Positions 19,807 to 30,506 of a DNA stretch of 64,000 bases are shown piece after piece. The notes under the pieces were generated by a model that made no database searches, had not been told where the DNA came from, and was given only the letters and a program-made list of their open reading frames with translations. The position numbers and the translations under genes were made by a program. Positions within the stretch are counted from its first letter, which is position 1; every line of letters starts with the position of its first letter. The DNA is taken from positions 142,319 to 206,318 of the forward strand of contig JBMFJZ010000003.1 of assembly GCA_049973045.1 (NCBI GenBank). Direction: 5' to 3'. This stretch comes from Bacteroidota bacterium. GTDB taxonomy: Bacteria; Bacteroidota; Ignavibacteria; 0-14-0-80-59-12.

Positions 19807-19878
19807 TGAGGCTGGCTGGGATCGAACCAGCGACCCTCTGCTTAAAAGGCAGATGCTCTACCACTGAGCTACAGCCCC
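19807..19878 (-). tRNA. tRNA-Lys (anticodon TTT)
   Basis: Reverse complement GGGGCTGTAGCTCAGTGGTAGAGCATCTGCCTTTTAAGCAGAGGGTCGCTGGTTCGATCCCAGCCAGCCTCA. Anticodon stem TCTGC/GCAGA, loop CTTTTAA, T-arm GCTGGTTCGATCCCAGC. Confidence 0.88.
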
Positions 19879-20080
19879 TTCGTCCTTGTAAATAAATATA
19901 CAAAGCACTGACCTTCGAATCAACAATTCCATCGAGCAAATTCGCTTTCGGCAAACAACAAAAAGAGGTCAAGCTTCCCTGCATCACACGAGTGCAATTG
20001 CTGACCGTTGCTTCCTTCCGGACCTGGCGGGGTTGGGCAACGCCTCGTTGCACAGGACTTGACCTCCTGTACTCGACGTG

Positions 20081-20154
20081 TGGAGCAGAGGGGAGTCGAA
20101 CCCCCGACCTCCAGAGTGCGATTCTGGCGCTCTCCCAGCTGAGCTACTGCCCCT
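20081..20154 (-). tRNA. tRNA-Ala (anticodon CGC)
   Basis: Reverse complement GGGGCAGTAGCTCAGCTGGGAGAGCGCCAGAATCGCACTCTGGAGGTCGGGGGTTCGACTCCCCTCTGCTCCA. Anticodon stem CCAGA/TCTGG, loop ATCGCAC. Confidence 0.85.
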
Positions 20155-20220
20155 GCTACGACCTGATTAAATATACGCACCCGAAGCGAGATTCTCAACA
20201 ACTGCAAATAAACCCAAACT

Positions 20221-20718
20221 TCATCCTTTTCCAGTCTCTGTCCCCGATGCCTCCACAGAGACATCCCGCCCTTCAAAACTACTGATCAAAGTTCTAAACA
20301 TCTCCGGGACTGGTTTCGGTTGATCTGTTTTCGCATCCAACCAAACCATAATGGTAAGATTCCGTGCAATGGGTTTCCCGTCGAGGGCTCGCTCAACGTA
20401 GCCTTCAAACCCGAAGCTGCTTTTCTTGATCCAGGCCAGCCGCGTATGCACGATGAGGTCATCATCATATTTCGCTGGCGATAAATAGTCAATCTCCTGA
20501 CGAGCAATGACAACCTTTGCCCATGTGTTGATGCTCGCGGCATCGAGTGGATAGCCGAGGGCACGGAAATATTCCATACGCCCAATTTCGAAGTAGTGCA
20601 AATAGACCGCATTATGAACAATCCCTTGCGCATCCACTTCGAAACTTCTTACTTTCACCTTAACGCTGACTTTCCAGCTTGACTCAACGGGATTTTCAAC
20701 AGATTGAGGACTCTCCAT
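20221..20718 (-). CDS. Hotdog-fold acyl-CoA thioesterase (YbgC/4HBT-like)
   Basis: Length and pattern (SFEVDAQGIVHNAVYLHYFEIGRMEYF) typical of 4HBT thioesterases. Confidence 0.6.
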   Translation of the reverse strand: MESPQSVENPVESSWKVSVKVKVRSFEVDAQGIVHNAVYLHYFEIGRMEYFRALGYPLDAASINTWAKVVIARQEIDYLSPAKYDDDLIVHTRLAWIKKSSFGFEGYVERALDGKPIARNLTIMVWLDAKTDQPKPVPEMFRTLISSFEGRDVSVEASGTETGKG

Positions 20719-20728
20719 AGCAAAAATC

Positions 20729-21772
20729 CTATGAAAATAGTTCCTGAACTATCTCTGCAGCGCGCTGCACCTGTTCGAATGTCACATCCATGTGCGTCAC
20801 CGCACGCAAAGCCGCCGAAGGCGGCCTTCCGGAGCTTAACAGAACCCCATGCTCAGCAAGCTGAGTGATGACTTCATCAGGCTCCAATCCGGGGCGAGCA
20901 ATGCCGAAAATCACAATATTCGTCTGGACCGTGCTCAGATCGATCGAAAAGGCTGGAATCTTTGTGATGGCTTCAGCAAAGACCCTCGCTTTCTCGTGGT
21001 CTTCTCTGAGACGCTCCACATTGTGATCGATCGCATACAGTGCTGCTGCCGCAAGAATTCCGACCTGTCTCATACCCCCACCAAAGATTTTCCGATACCT
21101 CCGCGCCTCTGCGATGAACTCCTTCGAGCCCGCGATGGCAGAGCCAACAGGCGCACCCAAACCCTTCGAGAAACAGACAAGAACGGAATCGAAATATCGA
21201 GCGTAGTCACGCATCGGGATACCAGTTGCCACCGATGCGTTCCACAAGCGCGCCCCATCGAGATGCATCCGGATGCCATGATGTTCAGCAAGCTCCCGAA
21301 TCCGCTGAATTTCACCAAGAGGATAGATAGTACCACCTGCGCGATTGTGAGTATTTTCGAGCGCAATGACTCTGGTACGTGGCATATAGTACGCCTTAGG
21401 TCTAATAGCTCGCGCAATTTGCTCTGCTGTTAATACACCATTTGCTCCCGGAATCGGATGAAGTTGTATGCCTGAAAGAATCGATGGAGCAACTGTTTCA
21501 TAATTGAAGATGTGAGCGTCGTATTCAAGAATTACTTCATCACCAGGCTGCGTGTGAACTTTAAGCGACACTTGATTGCCCATTACGCCGCTTGGAACAA
21601 ACAGCGCTGCTTCTTTCCCAAGAAGCTCAGCAACACGTTCCTGAAGACGATTCACTGTCGGGTCTTCACCAAAGACATCATCACCCACCTCGGCTTCTGC
21701 TATTGCCCGCCGCATTTCTAACGAAGGCTTTGTAACCGTGTCGCTGCGAAGATCAATGATCTGTGCGCTCAT
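20729..21772 (-). CDS. ltaE: Low-specificity L-threonine aldolase
   Basis: N-terminus [39 protein letters not shown] and PLP-fold layout characteristic of LtaE. Confidence 0.85.
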   Translation of the reverse strand: MSAQIIDLRSDTVTKPSLEMRRAIAEAEVGDDVFGEDPTVNRLQERVAELLGKEAALFVPSGVMGNQVSLKVHTQPGDEVILEYDAHIFNYETVAPSILSGIQLHPIPGANGVLTAEQIARAIRPKAYYMPRTRVIALENTHNRAGGTIYPLGEIQRIRELAEHHGIRMHLDGARLWNASVATGIPMRDYARYFDSVLVCFSKGLGAPVGSAIAGSKEFIAEARRYRKIFGGGMRQVGILAAAALYAIDHNVERLREDHEKARVFAEAITKIPAFSIDLSTVQTNIVIFGIARPGLEPDEVITQLAEHGVLLSSGRPPSAALRAVTHMDVTFEQVQRAAEIVQELFS

Positions 21773-23466
21773 TATGTTTCATACCTCTTTCTCTTGAAGA
21801 AACTCATAATGAGAAAAACAAGTCCGACCCCTCCTGCAATATGTGAAAACAGGTCACCATGCTTTGTGTAAAACGTCAGGGTCTTCACTGGCTCCACAAT
21901 ACCTTTCACAATAGTTTGTGTATAAAGCTCAGATTTGGAATGGATTATCCCTCTCGGGTCTATAAAGCAAGAGATTCCTCCATTCGCACATCGTGCAATC
22001 CATCGGCGATTTTCAATGGCTCGAAACGCAGCAAACGATTCATGCTGGTATGGGCCCACAGTTTTACCATACCAGCTATCATTGGTAATCACAACGAGGA
22101 ACTCTGCACCTTTTCGTACGAAATTTCTCACGAAACCCGGGTAAATGGACTCGTAACAGATCAATGTAGAAAATCGAATGGAATCATTTTGAGCCCAGCC
22201 TTGCGGCACGAATCGAAACACAGTCGTATCTCGACCTATATTCCACCCACCAAGCCCCATCTCCCACATCAATGAAGAGAGGAAAGGGAAAGTATCAACA
22301 TAAGGGGGTCTTTCAGCAAACGGCACGAGAATAATTTTGCCGTACTTCTGGATCCACAAAGATCCCGGAAGCAAAAGCATGGCACCATTGAATGACTGAT
22401 ACCATTCACCTCCGAGGCTCAGTTTTTTGCTTCCTCGCGGGGCATGAAGCGAGTCGGGATAGAATTCTGCATCAGGAAAGCCTGTGAGAAGCGCCACATC
22501 TAATGAGTCGACCATTGCCCGCAATATGTTAAAGTCCCATCGATACTGTGGCAGAAGAATATAATATGGGATCGCCGTTTCGGGCCACACAACAAGCTGG
22601 AGAGTGTCTCGCACAGCAGCGCCGTAGGTCATTTGCTCAAGGAGATTTATCTGCACAAATCCGCCGCTGGCGGAGTTTTCCCATTTCTCCCATGGATCAA
22701 CATTCGGCTGAATTAAGCTGACACGAAGCGCCTTCTTTTCCGCGTGCTGCACCATAAGCGAAGCCTTAACCCTCTTCATACGAGCCGATCCAAACCACTC
22801 AGGTGCCGCAATGAGAAGAGAAATGGAAACGATAAGGCTAGCAATGGACAGAAACGATCGCCTTTGGTGCTTTGAAGTTAGAAAAAGACGAGCAAGAGCG
22901 AAAAATAAAACATTAACAACGATGATCCAGAACGAAACCCCATACACCCCCGTCCATTCTGCATACTGAATTCTTGATGGATGCAAAGCCTGGCTATTCC
23001 CAAGGGTTAACCACGGGAAAGCAATCTCACCCAGTGAGTGCACATATTCAAAACCGACCCAGAGAAAAGGGAATGCGATCAGCGCCCATGCCAAGCCGAG
23101 TCGTTTCCGGATAATCAGATAAAGCCAAACTGGTATCAGGAAAAAGAGCGGATGCGCAACAATAAGAAGCAACCCACCAAGCATCATGAATTTATCGCCT
23201 TTGCTCAGGTATCCACCAACCCAGTATAATGTGAGCGCATTGAAAACAAGAAAGGAAAGATACGCATATCGCACTCCATGCCAGGTTCCTGTTACATGTT
23301 CAAAAAGGAACAGCAATGGGATAAAGGCGACGAGGATCACAAGTGAAAATGGCAAAGGGGGGAAAGATATTCCAAGCAAAACCCCACTTGCAACAGCAAG
23401 GGATGCACGCTGGAGTGTTATCGTTCGTGATGCTTCCTTGTGAAGCAGATCAACATTCTCAACCAT
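21772..23466 (-). CDS. lnt: Apolipoprotein N-acyltransferase
   Basis: Multi-TM N-terminus followed by a CN-hydrolase domain ([31 protein letters not shown]). Confidence 0.85.
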   Translation of the reverse strand: MVENVDLLHKEASRTITLQRASLAVASGVLLGISFPPLPFSLVILVAFIPLLFLFEHVTGTWHGVRYAYLSFLVFNALTLYWVGGYLSKGDKFMMLGGLLLIVAHPLFFLIPVWLYLIIRKRLGLAWALIAFPFLWVGFEYVHSLGEIAFPWLTLGNSQALHPSRIQYAEWTGVYGVSFWIIVVNVLFFALARLFLTSKHQRRSFLSIASLIVSISLLIAAPEWFGSARMKRVKASLMVQHAEKKALRVSLIQPNVDPWEKWENSASGGFVQINLLEQMTYGAAVRDTLQLVVWPETAIPYYILLPQYRWDFNILRAMVDSLDVALLTGFPDAEFYPDSLHAPRGSKKLSLGGEWYQSFNGAMLLLPGSLWIQKYGKIILVPFAERPPYVDTFPFLSSLMWEMGLGGWNIGRDTTVFRFVPQGWAQNDSIRFSTLICYESIYPGFVRNFVRKGAEFLVVITNDSWYGKTVGPYQHESFAAFRAIENRRWIARCANGGISCFIDPRGIIHSKSELYTQTIVKGIVEPVKTLTFYTKHGDLFSHIAGGVGLVFLIMSFFKRKRYET

Positions 23467-24109
23467 GATTTTTCTTTATTCCTCTCGCCTTTGCAATGAG
23501 TCTCTTGCAACATGGCGCCACTTGATGATGAACAAATTCCCACAGAGCAATCACAATAATTGCGCAAAGCACCCCAATCACCGCACCGCCCGACACGTCA
23601 AATGGATAATGAACCCCCACGTATACTCGTGAGTACGCCACTGTTGAGGCGAATGTAAAGAAAGCCCACCACCACCGTCTATAGTAATAAGAAAACAACG
23701 TTGCTGCAGCAAAATTGTTCACAGCATGGGATGATGGAAAAGAGAGCCCGCTGCCGCATGGGACAAGCAAACGCACATCTGAAAGAACGTGGCATGGCCT
23801 CAATCGTCCGACCAATGGCTTGATAGCATGGCTGCTCAGTTGGTCGCTAAAAAGGATAAGTGGTATCAAAAGGAGGGCAACAGTTCGCCCTCGCTCTCCG
23901 CCCTTCAAGAGAAGTGCCAACCAGAGCATAAGCACAATGATTTGTGCTATCTTTTGCTTGTTCAGATCCGTCAAAAAAGGCATAAACCAATCAAGTATAC
24001 CAATATGGAGAATGCCATTGATGAGATGAAATAGCCATAGATCGACCGAATGAAGAAGCTCAAGCACCCGAGTTCCCTTTTCGCTTTGAAGTTTGTCGTT
24101 GGAGAACAC
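23459..24109 (-). CDS. PAP2-family lipid phosphatase (PgpB/undecaprenyl-diphosphatase-like)
   Basis: PAP2 motifs KPLVGRLRP...PSSHA...SRVYVGVHYPFDV. Confidence 0.8.
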   Translation of the reverse strand: MFSNDKLQSEKGTRVLELLHSVDLWLFHLINGILHIGILDWFMPFLTDLNKQKIAQIIVLMLWLALLLKGGERGRTVALLLIPLILFSDQLSSHAIKPLVGRLRPCHVLSDVRLLVPCGSGLSFPSSHAVNNFAAATLFSYYYRRWWWAFFTFASTVAYSRVYVGVHYPFDVSGGAVIGVLCAIIVIALWEFVHHQVAPCCKRLIAKARGIKKNHG

Positions 24110-24686
24110 GAAGTACTACAATAATCAAAACCACAACAATAAGTGCTGTGACAACAGAACTATAGGCTGATAAATACCACTGAATCATTCGCCAATTCTT
24201 TCCAAGAATATAACCTGCGCTGACCAGGATGCTGTTCCAAGCCGCGGCGCTCACGAAGCTCAAGAGAGCAGTGCGTCCGAGATTCAATTCAGAAAGTCCG
24301 GCGAAAAACGAAACGACTGCTCGCGTCCCGGCAAGAAAGCGATTCGCTACAATGATCCAATAGCCCCATCTGCGCACCCACTGTTCAACGCTGTGTAGCG
24401 CATCAAGCGGAATGAACTTCAATTTCCCGCTTGCAAGAATCCGTTCGCCAAACCAGTAGCCTATTCCATACATAGTCAAAAACCCTAACGTGCTACCGAG
24501 CACTGCAGCACTTAAGGCACCGAGATAATGTGCTCGTCCTAACACACTCAGCGCTCCCCCAAAGACAACGAGAACGTCGCTTGGTGAAGGAGGGAAAAGA
24601 TTTTCAATGTAAGCAACAAGGAAGATTGCAGCATAGATCCAAAAGGGCTCAACAGTTGAAAGAAAATCAATACCTTGTTCAAGCAT
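24060..24686 (-). CDS. DedA/SNARE-associated family membrane protein
   Basis: YIENLFPPSPSDVLVVFGG motif and multi-TM organisation. Confidence 0.8.
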   Translation of the reverse strand: MLEQGIDFLSTVEPFWIYAAIFLVAYIENLFPPSPSDVLVVFGGALSVLGRAHYLGALSAAVLGSTLGFLTMYGIGYWFGERILASGKLKFIPLDALHSVEQWVRRWGYWIIVANRFLAGTRAVVSFFAGLSELNLGRTALLSFVSAAAWNSILVSAGYILGKNWRMIQWYLSAYSSVVTALIVVVLIIVVLRVLQRQTSKRKGNSGA

Positions 24687-24712
24687 ATCATTCTCAAAGT
24701 GAAAAAAATAGA

Positions 24713-25186
24713 TTACGCAGCATCGATCATGGCAATGGCATAGGCAACCGCGCCTTCACCTGCACCAATGAATCCCATCTTCTCCGAAGTAGTCGCCTTT
24801 ACCGATACGGCTCCAATTGAGACGTGCAATATATCAGCGATGATCTTTCGCATTGGCTCAATGTACGGAGCAACCTTGGGTTCCTCGAGAACTAGCGTCA
24901 CATCCAGATTGATGACACGATAGGAATGAGCCTGGAGCAGATCGATCACTTTCGTAAGGAGCACCGTGCTTTTCGCTCCCTCCCAAGCCGGATCAGTATC
25001 AGGAAAATGCTGTCCAATATCTCCAAGCGACGCCGCACCAAGAAGCGCATCCATAATAGCATGGAGGACAACATCAGCATCAGAATGACCAGCAAGTCCA
25101 CGATCCCACGGGATATTCACTCCGCCAAGGATGAGAGGTCTGCCGGAAGCAAAGCGATGAACATCATATCCGAAACCAACTCTCAT
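24713..25186 (-). CDS. ispF: 2-C-methyl-D-erythritol 2,4-cyclodiphosphate synthase
   Basis: MRVGFGYDVHRF...GHSDADVVLHAIMDALLGA. Confidence 0.9.
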   Translation of the reverse strand: MRVGFGYDVHRFASGRPLILGGVNIPWDRGLAGHSDADVVLHAIMDALLGAASLGDIGQHFPDTDPAWEGAKSTVLLTKVIDLLQAHSYRVINLDVTLVLEEPKVAPYIEPMRKIIADILHVSIGAVSVKATTSEKMGFIGAGEGAVAYAIAMIDAA

Positions 25187-25192
25187 GATGCG

Positions 25193-25498
25193 CTATCGAA
25201 TTTCAAAACCTCTAAATGTCCCCTCATATGGTTTATATGTAACCAGTACATCCTGCACGTCGGCGAAACGAGGACCGATACGAATTTCGCCGATGAGCGA
25301 TTCAACAAGCGATCGATCCCCTTCTACTTCAATTTCTACATCGCCGTTGTACAGATTCCGGACGTATCCCACCAAGCCAAGCCGCGAAGCTCGAGAATGT
25401 ACAAACCACCGAAAGCCGACCCCTTGTACCATCCCTTTCACAATAATATGGGCGCGAACATCCATAATATATGCACCTCCCGTCGACTTATCATTCAT
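25193..25498 (-). CDS. acyP: Acylphosphatase (true start moved to the ATG that overlaps the upstream stop)
   Basis: IVKGMVQGVGFRWFV...GYVRNLYNGDVEIEVEG. The ORF-track N-terminal extension would run into the EamA gene; ATG 25498-25496 overlaps its TGA 25497-25495. Confidence 0.75.
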   Translation of the reverse strand: MNDKSTGGAYIMDVRAHIIVKGMVQGVGFRWFVHSRASRLGLVGYVRNLYNGDVEIEVEGDRSLVESLIGEIRIGPRFADVQDVLVTYKPYEGTFRGFEIR

Positions 25499-26343
25499 CG
25501 TGACAATTCCGAGATAAGAATACCTATCACAATGAACGTTGCACCGAGAATCCCCAGTGGACCAATGACTTCTCCGAGCATCCACCAGGAGATGACCGCT
25601 GCAAGCACAGGCTCAAGAGAAAAAATTAACGCCGCCCGAGTAGGCGTGGTGTCCCTTTGAAACCGTGTTTGAAGATACGTTGTCAAAAGCGTGGCAAAGA
25701 AGACCGTATAAAGAAAAGTCCCAAAAAGCCCAAGCGTCGGTTCTAATCTCACCTTCTCGACGATTACGCTTCCTCCTAACGCAAGAAATGCTGTAACCGC
25801 AATTTGAAGAAACGTCAAATGAAGAATATCACTGCGCTTGCTGAAAATATCCAGAAAAACCATGTAGAGAGCAAAGACTACCGCCGCAATAAGTGTAAGC
25901 GCATCCCCAAGATTAAACATCTGTCCCTTCGGTGAAGTCAGGAACCAGAGCCCGATGAGCACAAGAACAACGCCAGCAACGTTCCCGACTCTTGGCATTC
26001 GCCGCTCAATAGCCATCTGAAATAGGGGCGTGAAAACTACCGTCATCCCTGTAATAAAACCGGATTTCGATGCCATCGTGTATTGCAGTCCAACAGTCTG
26101 GGTCGTGAACCCGAAGCCAAGGAGAATGCCAAGAACCAGTCCGTCAAAGAATGCTCTTCGATTGATGCTGCGGATCGACCCGAAGAAAATGAGAACCAGG
26201 ACAATCGCTGCAATTGAAAAGCGTATTCCCACAAACAAAAGTGGTGAAATGGAACCCAACGCATCCTTGACCAGTGCAAAAGTTCCGGACCAAATGATGG
26301 TAGCGCCGAGTAGAAAACCTTCAGCCCGGGTCCGAGTCGTCAT
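25495..26343 (-). CDS. EamA/DMT-family transporter (10-TM drug/metabolite exporter)
   Basis: Two EamA-like halves and a hydrophobic profile. Confidence 0.75.
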   Translation of the reverse strand: MTTRTRAEGFLLGATIIWSGTFALVKDALGSISPLLFVGIRFSIAAIVLVLIFFGSIRSINRRAFFDGLVLGILLGFGFTTQTVGLQYTMASKSGFITGMTVVFTPLFQMAIERRMPRVGNVAGVVLVLIGLWFLTSPKGQMFNLGDALTLIAAVVFALYMVFLDIFSKRSDILHLTFLQIAVTAFLALGGSVIVEKVRLEPTLGLFGTFLYTVFFATLLTTYLQTRFQRDTTPTRAALIFSLEPVLAAVISWWMLGEVIGPLGILGATFIVIGILISELSR

Positions 26344-26401
26344 GCCTCATACACAGCAATACGTTTCATCTTCTGCAATCCCTTTTGAATCCCCTCCTAA
26401 A

Positions 26402-27280
26402 CTACCTTCGAAAATAGATTATGAGAACAGCAACACCGAGCCACAGCACGACATTGATTAGCAGTGGCACATCTGTAAGGAGAACCCTTGTCGGATTTCC
26501 ACCTTTGTCTTCTCGATGAACAAGATATAAATAACGAAAGATTCCGTACAAGACAAATGGAACGGTGTAAATCAAATTTGCGGTGCCAAATTTTGAGGTT
26601 GTCTCGGGCGCCACAGTGTAAAATGTATAGGCAATCACCGTGGAAGCCGTGACGACTGAAATCATCTGATCCAGGAAATAGGGACTATATTTTTGCAAAA
26701 CCGCTCTGTGCTGGGGGGCATTATTCTGAAGCGCAATAAGTTCGTATCGACGTCTGCTAAAGCCAAGAAAAAGCGCTAGCAGCATCGTGCAAATAAGAAG
26801 CCACGTGGAGATAGGGACAGAGATGACCACAGCTCCAGCAATCACCCTCAGGACATACAGCGAAGCAACAATCATCACATCAAGAATAACAATGGCTTTT
26901 AACCACAGAGTGTACATGATGTTGACCACAAGGTAAACAGTCACAACAGCCCCGAACTCTCTACCCAGGGCAAATCCCCCAACCAATGCAACTGCAGCAA
27001 GGAAAATGCTGAGTGATATCCCGATATTGGGGGAGATAAGCCCTGCTGCAATCGGGCGCCTGGATTTTTCAGGATCAAGTCGGTCCTGTGGAGCATCGAT
27101 AAGATCGTTGAAAAGGTATGCCGCACTGGCCGCGATGCAGAAGATGAAAAATCCCATAACCGCCCGTTCAGCATCAGGAGCTGAAAAAAGTTTCCCGGAG
27201 AACACTAAAGCAGCAAAGAGAAACAGGTTCTTCACCCATTGCTGCGGACGCAAGGAAACCCAAAGTTGTGAAAAATGCAC
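26402..27280 (-). CDS. UbiA-family aromatic/polyprenyl-phosphate prenyltransferase (decaprenyl-phosphate phosphoribosyltransferase-like)
   Basis: NDxxDxxxD motif YLFNDLIDAPQDRLD and multi-TM organisation. Confidence 0.7.
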   Translation of the reverse strand: MHFSQLWVSLRPQQWVKNLFLFAALVFSGKLFSAPDAERAVMGFFIFCIAASAAYLFNDLIDAPQDRLDPEKSRRPIAAGLISPNIGISLSIFLAAVALVGGFALGREFGAVVTVYLVVNIMYTLWLKAIVILDVMIVASLYVLRVIAGAVVISVPISTWLLICTMLLALFLGFSRRRYELIALQNNAPQHRAVLQKYSPYFLDQMISVVTASTVIAYTFYTVAPETTSKFGTANLIYTVPFVLYGIFRYLYLVHREDKGGNPTRVLLTDVPLLINVVLWLGVAVLIIYFRR

Positions 27281-28008
27281 CGATATACTTCCGCGAATTA
27301 TGTGAACGTTAGATTTCTCCTATCAACGAAGACCAGAAAGCTATCTCCCACGTCGCTTTGCTCCATTGCAACTTTCATTGAGTGCACCACAAGCGAACGT
27401 ATAAGATTCTGCAGATAAAAGAAGTTACTGAAGGCAATTCGTGGAATCATTGATTTGCCTTTTATCCAATGTTATATGAAGTGGCGGATTCATTTTTCTA
27501 ATCCTAATTCTTTTCTCCCTCCATATGCCCTCCCTTTATCATCTCTAATCCTTTCTTGCGATGTCATTTCTTGTTGCTCTTTCAGGTACCTGTAAAAATG
27601 AATATCCCGCAAGGAGCTACAGCCGGAAAACTCCCGCTTAACCCCCTGCTACTCTTTCTGGCATTGTTCACACCTCCTCTTCAAAAAGTTTTCTGGAGTA
27701 ACAACAATTGGGACGGGCAGTCTTACTCGCATATTGACCTCACGAACAATTCCTTGAGTGCCGGGTTATAAAGATGCCTTGGATTCCAGGTCACAACAAA
27801 ATTTGCCACTCCCTAACTCCCAAGAGCAAGATACATTGCGTCACCTCGGGGTACCTTCCCGTAAGGAAAGATATAAATCTGTAAGCTTATCAACGTCCTC
27901 TGTTTACCGAGGTTTCCAAATAAAGCTTCAATTTTAGGCATTCTCTACTCCCGCACCGGCATTTCATACAGTTTCTGAGTTTCTCCTCATTTCTTAGAAT
28001 GGAAGAAA

Positions 28009-29724
28009 TTAAAAGACTGCTGGCTCTTCGTACACTCCGAACACTTCTTTCAATGTGTTCACCATTTCACCCAGTGTAGCGTACACCCTTGCTGCCTGAA
28101 TGATACGTGGCATTAAATTAGACCCATCCTCAGCTGCGCGACGCAAATCATCTAATGCTTTATCAACATCTTCAGCATTTCGAGAAGCACGAACGTCTCT
28201 GAGACGTTCACGCTGCCGAATTTCAGCTTCTTTCCCAATACGTAATAGCGGAATCTCAATCTGTTCATCCTCTTCAATAAAGTCATTCACACCGACGATG
28301 ATCCGCTCTTTCCTCTCAATTTCTTGTTGATAGCGATACGCAGCATCAGCTATTTCCCTTTGGAAGAACCCCTGTTCAATAGCAGGTATGACCCCACCAA
28401 GAGCATCGATCTTTTCGAAATATTGTTCTGCCTCATGCTCAAGTCGGTTCGTAAGAGATTCAATATAATAGCTTCCTCCAAGAGGATCAATAGTATTTAC
28501 GACGCCACTTTCGTAGGCAATAATTTGCTGTGTCCGCAAGGCTATCTTTGCAGCTTTTTCAGATGGGAGCGCAAGTGTTTCGTCCATGGAGTTCGTATGC
28601 AACGATTGCGTTCCGCCCAACACTCCCGCCAGTGCTTCAAGGGCAGTGCGCACGATGTTGTTCTCTGGTTGCTGAGCCATCAAAGAGCACCCCGCCGTCT
28701 GTGTATGGAATCGTAATGTCCATGAGCGGGGATTTTTTGCATGATACTTCTCTCTCATTCGTCGAGCATAGATACGGCGTGCAGCGCGGAACTTCGCTAT
28801 TTCCTCAAAAAAGTCGAGGTGTGAGTTGAAAAAGAAAGAAAGACGCGGTGCAAATTCATCCACATCGAGACCCGCCTGAATACCCGCTTCAACATAAGCG
28901 AAACCATCTGCGAGAGTGAAGGCAAGTTCCTGAGCTGCAGTGGCACCGGCTTCGCGGATGTGGTATCCACTGATGGAAATAGGATTCCATTTAGGTACTT
29001 CTTTTGCACAATACTTAAAGATATCAGTAATGATCCGCATCGATGGAGCAGGTGGATATACCCACTCTTTTTGTGCTATATACTCTTTCAGGATATCGTT
29101 CTGGATTGTGCCACGGAGCCGGTTGGGTTTCACCCCTTGCTTCTCCGCAACAACTATGTAAAAGGCAAAGAGCATCGCAGCCGGAGCATTGATCGTCATC
29201 GAGGTTGAAACTTGGTCGAGTGATATGCCTCTGAACAAAACCTCCATGTCAGCAAGTGAACTTACGGAGACGCCACATACACCAACTTCTCCCTCCGACA
29301 TAGGATCGTCGGCATCGCGACCCATAAGAGTTGGAAGGTCGAAAGCAATTGATAAGCCTGTTTCTCCGTGCCTGAGGAGGTAATGGAAACGCTGGTTTGT
29401 ATCTTCTGGTGTACCGAATCCAGAGAACTGACGCATCGTCCAGAGACGACCGCGATACATCGTACGGTGGATCCCCCGCGTGTAAGGATATTCACCGGGG
29501 AAACCAAGATCACGCAAGTAATCAAACTCTTCAAGATCAGCAGGGGTGTACAATCGCTCCACTGGAGCATCACTGATTGTCGTAAATTTCACACGCCTTG
29601 ATTCTCCGTACATTGCTCTCTCTTGCATATTGTCGTTTTCTAATTCCTTCAACCAACGTCCCTTCTCAGCACGTATTTTCTTGAGATCATCGTTTCTCAT
29701 CGTGGTTCCCTCCATCTGAAGCAA
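28009..29724 (-). CDS. Methylmalonyl-CoA mutase-family large (catalytic) subunit, without the C-terminal B12-binding domain
   Basis: Collinear with the MutB/Sbm N-terminal barrel ([37 protein letters not shown]...[10 protein letters not shown]); 571 aa ends before the DxHxxG B12 domain. Confidence 0.85.
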   Translation of the reverse strand: MLQMEGTTMRNDDLKKIRAEKGRWLKELENDNMQERAMYGESRRVKFTTISDAPVERLYTPADLEEFDYLRDLGFPGEYPYTRGIHRTMYRGRLWTMRQFSGFGTPEDTNQRFHYLLRHGETGLSIAFDLPTLMGRDADDPMSEGEVGVCGVSVSSLADMEVLFRGISLDQVSTSMTINAPAAMLFAFYIVVAEKQGVKPNRLRGTIQNDILKEYIAQKEWVYPPAPSMRIITDIFKYCAKEVPKWNPISISGYHIREAGATAAQELAFTLADGFAYVEAGIQAGLDVDEFAPRLSFFFNSHLDFFEEIAKFRAARRIYARRMREKYHAKNPRSWTLRFHTQTAGCSLMAQQPENNIVRTALEALAGVLGGTQSLHTNSMDETLALPSEKAAKIALRTQQIIAYESGVVNTIDPLGGSYYIESLTNRLEHEAEQYFEKIDALGGVIPAIEQGFFQREIADAAYRYQQEIERKERIIVGVNDFIEEDEQIEIPLLRIGKEAEIRQRERLRDVRASRNAEDVDKALDDLRRAAEDGSNLMPRIIQAARVYATLGEMVNTLKEVFGVYEEPAVF

Positions 29725-29823
29725 AACAGATCCTCTCTTTCCTGCCAGTGAACGGTTTCACACTTTCCAATGTTCCAGAGTTCAAAAGGTCTTCCCGGTT
29801 TCTCATGCTTTTTATCTGGCATA

Positions 29824-30228
29824 TTATTTCACCTTGTTTTCTTTTAACTCAACCTTTTTAAGAACAAAATCTTTTGCTTTTAAAGCAAGTTCAAAGCACT
29901 CTTTTGCCTCATCAACAGATGGTATGTAAAATTCTTCCGGGTATCTAACCTCAACCGCATAATCTGTAAGATTGCCGATAGTTAAGTTTTTGAACTCGCT
30001 ATCCTGTTCTGAACATAATTTTAAGAGGGTTTCAAGATCATGCGCCTTTCCAAAATCTACCTTTTTAGAAACAAGGTATGCTTTTAGCATTTCCTCAACA
30101 ACTTGCTGACGATGAAAACAAACGGGGCCTGTGGAGATTTCATTTTCAGGAAAAGTTAATTCATGTTTTGCAATATTAAAATCTTCCATTGCTTTTATTG
30201 CCCAATTTTTTATTTCCTTGTCAATCAT
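29824..30228 (-). CDS. HEPN-domain protein; toxin of an MNT-HEPN type VII-like TA pair
   Basis: HEPN pattern with HRQQVVEEMLKAYL; ATGA overlap with the upstream MNT gene. Confidence 0.7.
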   Translation of the reverse strand: MIDKEIKNWAIKAMEDFNIAKHELTFPENEISTGPVCFHRQQVVEEMLKAYLVSKKVDFGKAHDLETLLKLCSEQDSEFKNLTIGNLTDYAVEVRYPEEFYIPSVDEAKECFELALKAKDFVLKKVELKENKVK

Positions 30229-30506
30229 ATTTTAATTCCTTCTTTCAAAGCATATCTTGTAACACAGCCTATCCTGCCCTTTTTGATTTCTACTTCCTCT
30301 TCAGAATTAATTACTATATCTGCATAAACATACAATTCGGCTAGTGCTCTCCTTGTGGCACTTGCAATCTGCATCTTCTCTTTAAAACCAAATGTCCTCT
30401 CAGTTATTATTAGAAAATCACTGTTCTTTGAGTAATCTCCTCTTGCCCTTGAACCAAAAAGGATGACCTGTTTTATAGAAACCCCCATCTCGTTGAGACA
30501 TTTCAT
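30225..30506 (-). CDS. Minimal nucleotidyltransferase (MNT); cognate antitoxin of the HEPN gene
   Basis: NTase motif ILFGSRARGDYSKNSDFLII; start may instead be the ATG at 30488. Confidence 0.7.
   Translation of the reverse strand: MKCLNEMGVSIKQVILFGSRARGDYSKNSDFLIITERTFGFKEKMQIASATRRALAELYVYADIVINSEEEVEIKKGRIGCVTRYALKEGIKI

Noticed and set aside
19478-20285. ORF-track entries 19478-19867(+), 19793-20053(-), 19920-20276(-) and 19992-20285(+)
   Set aside because: They overlap the two well-formed tRNA genes and have no protein-like features; spurious.
24926-25660. 244-aa plus-strand ORF antisense to ispF and acyP, and similar long antisense ORFs (3606-4100, 9691-10236, 20849-21433, 45371-46144)
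   Set aside because: Each lies opposite a gene with unambiguous homology; their low-complexity, Arg/Ser-rich translations are typical antisense artefacts.
27281-28008. Possible degraded B12-binding small subunit of the mutase hidden in the 730-bp gap
   Set aside because: Translation of the mutase strand in the frames examined showed only short stop-ridden peptides, with no DxHxxG or Rossmann-like B12-domain sequence.
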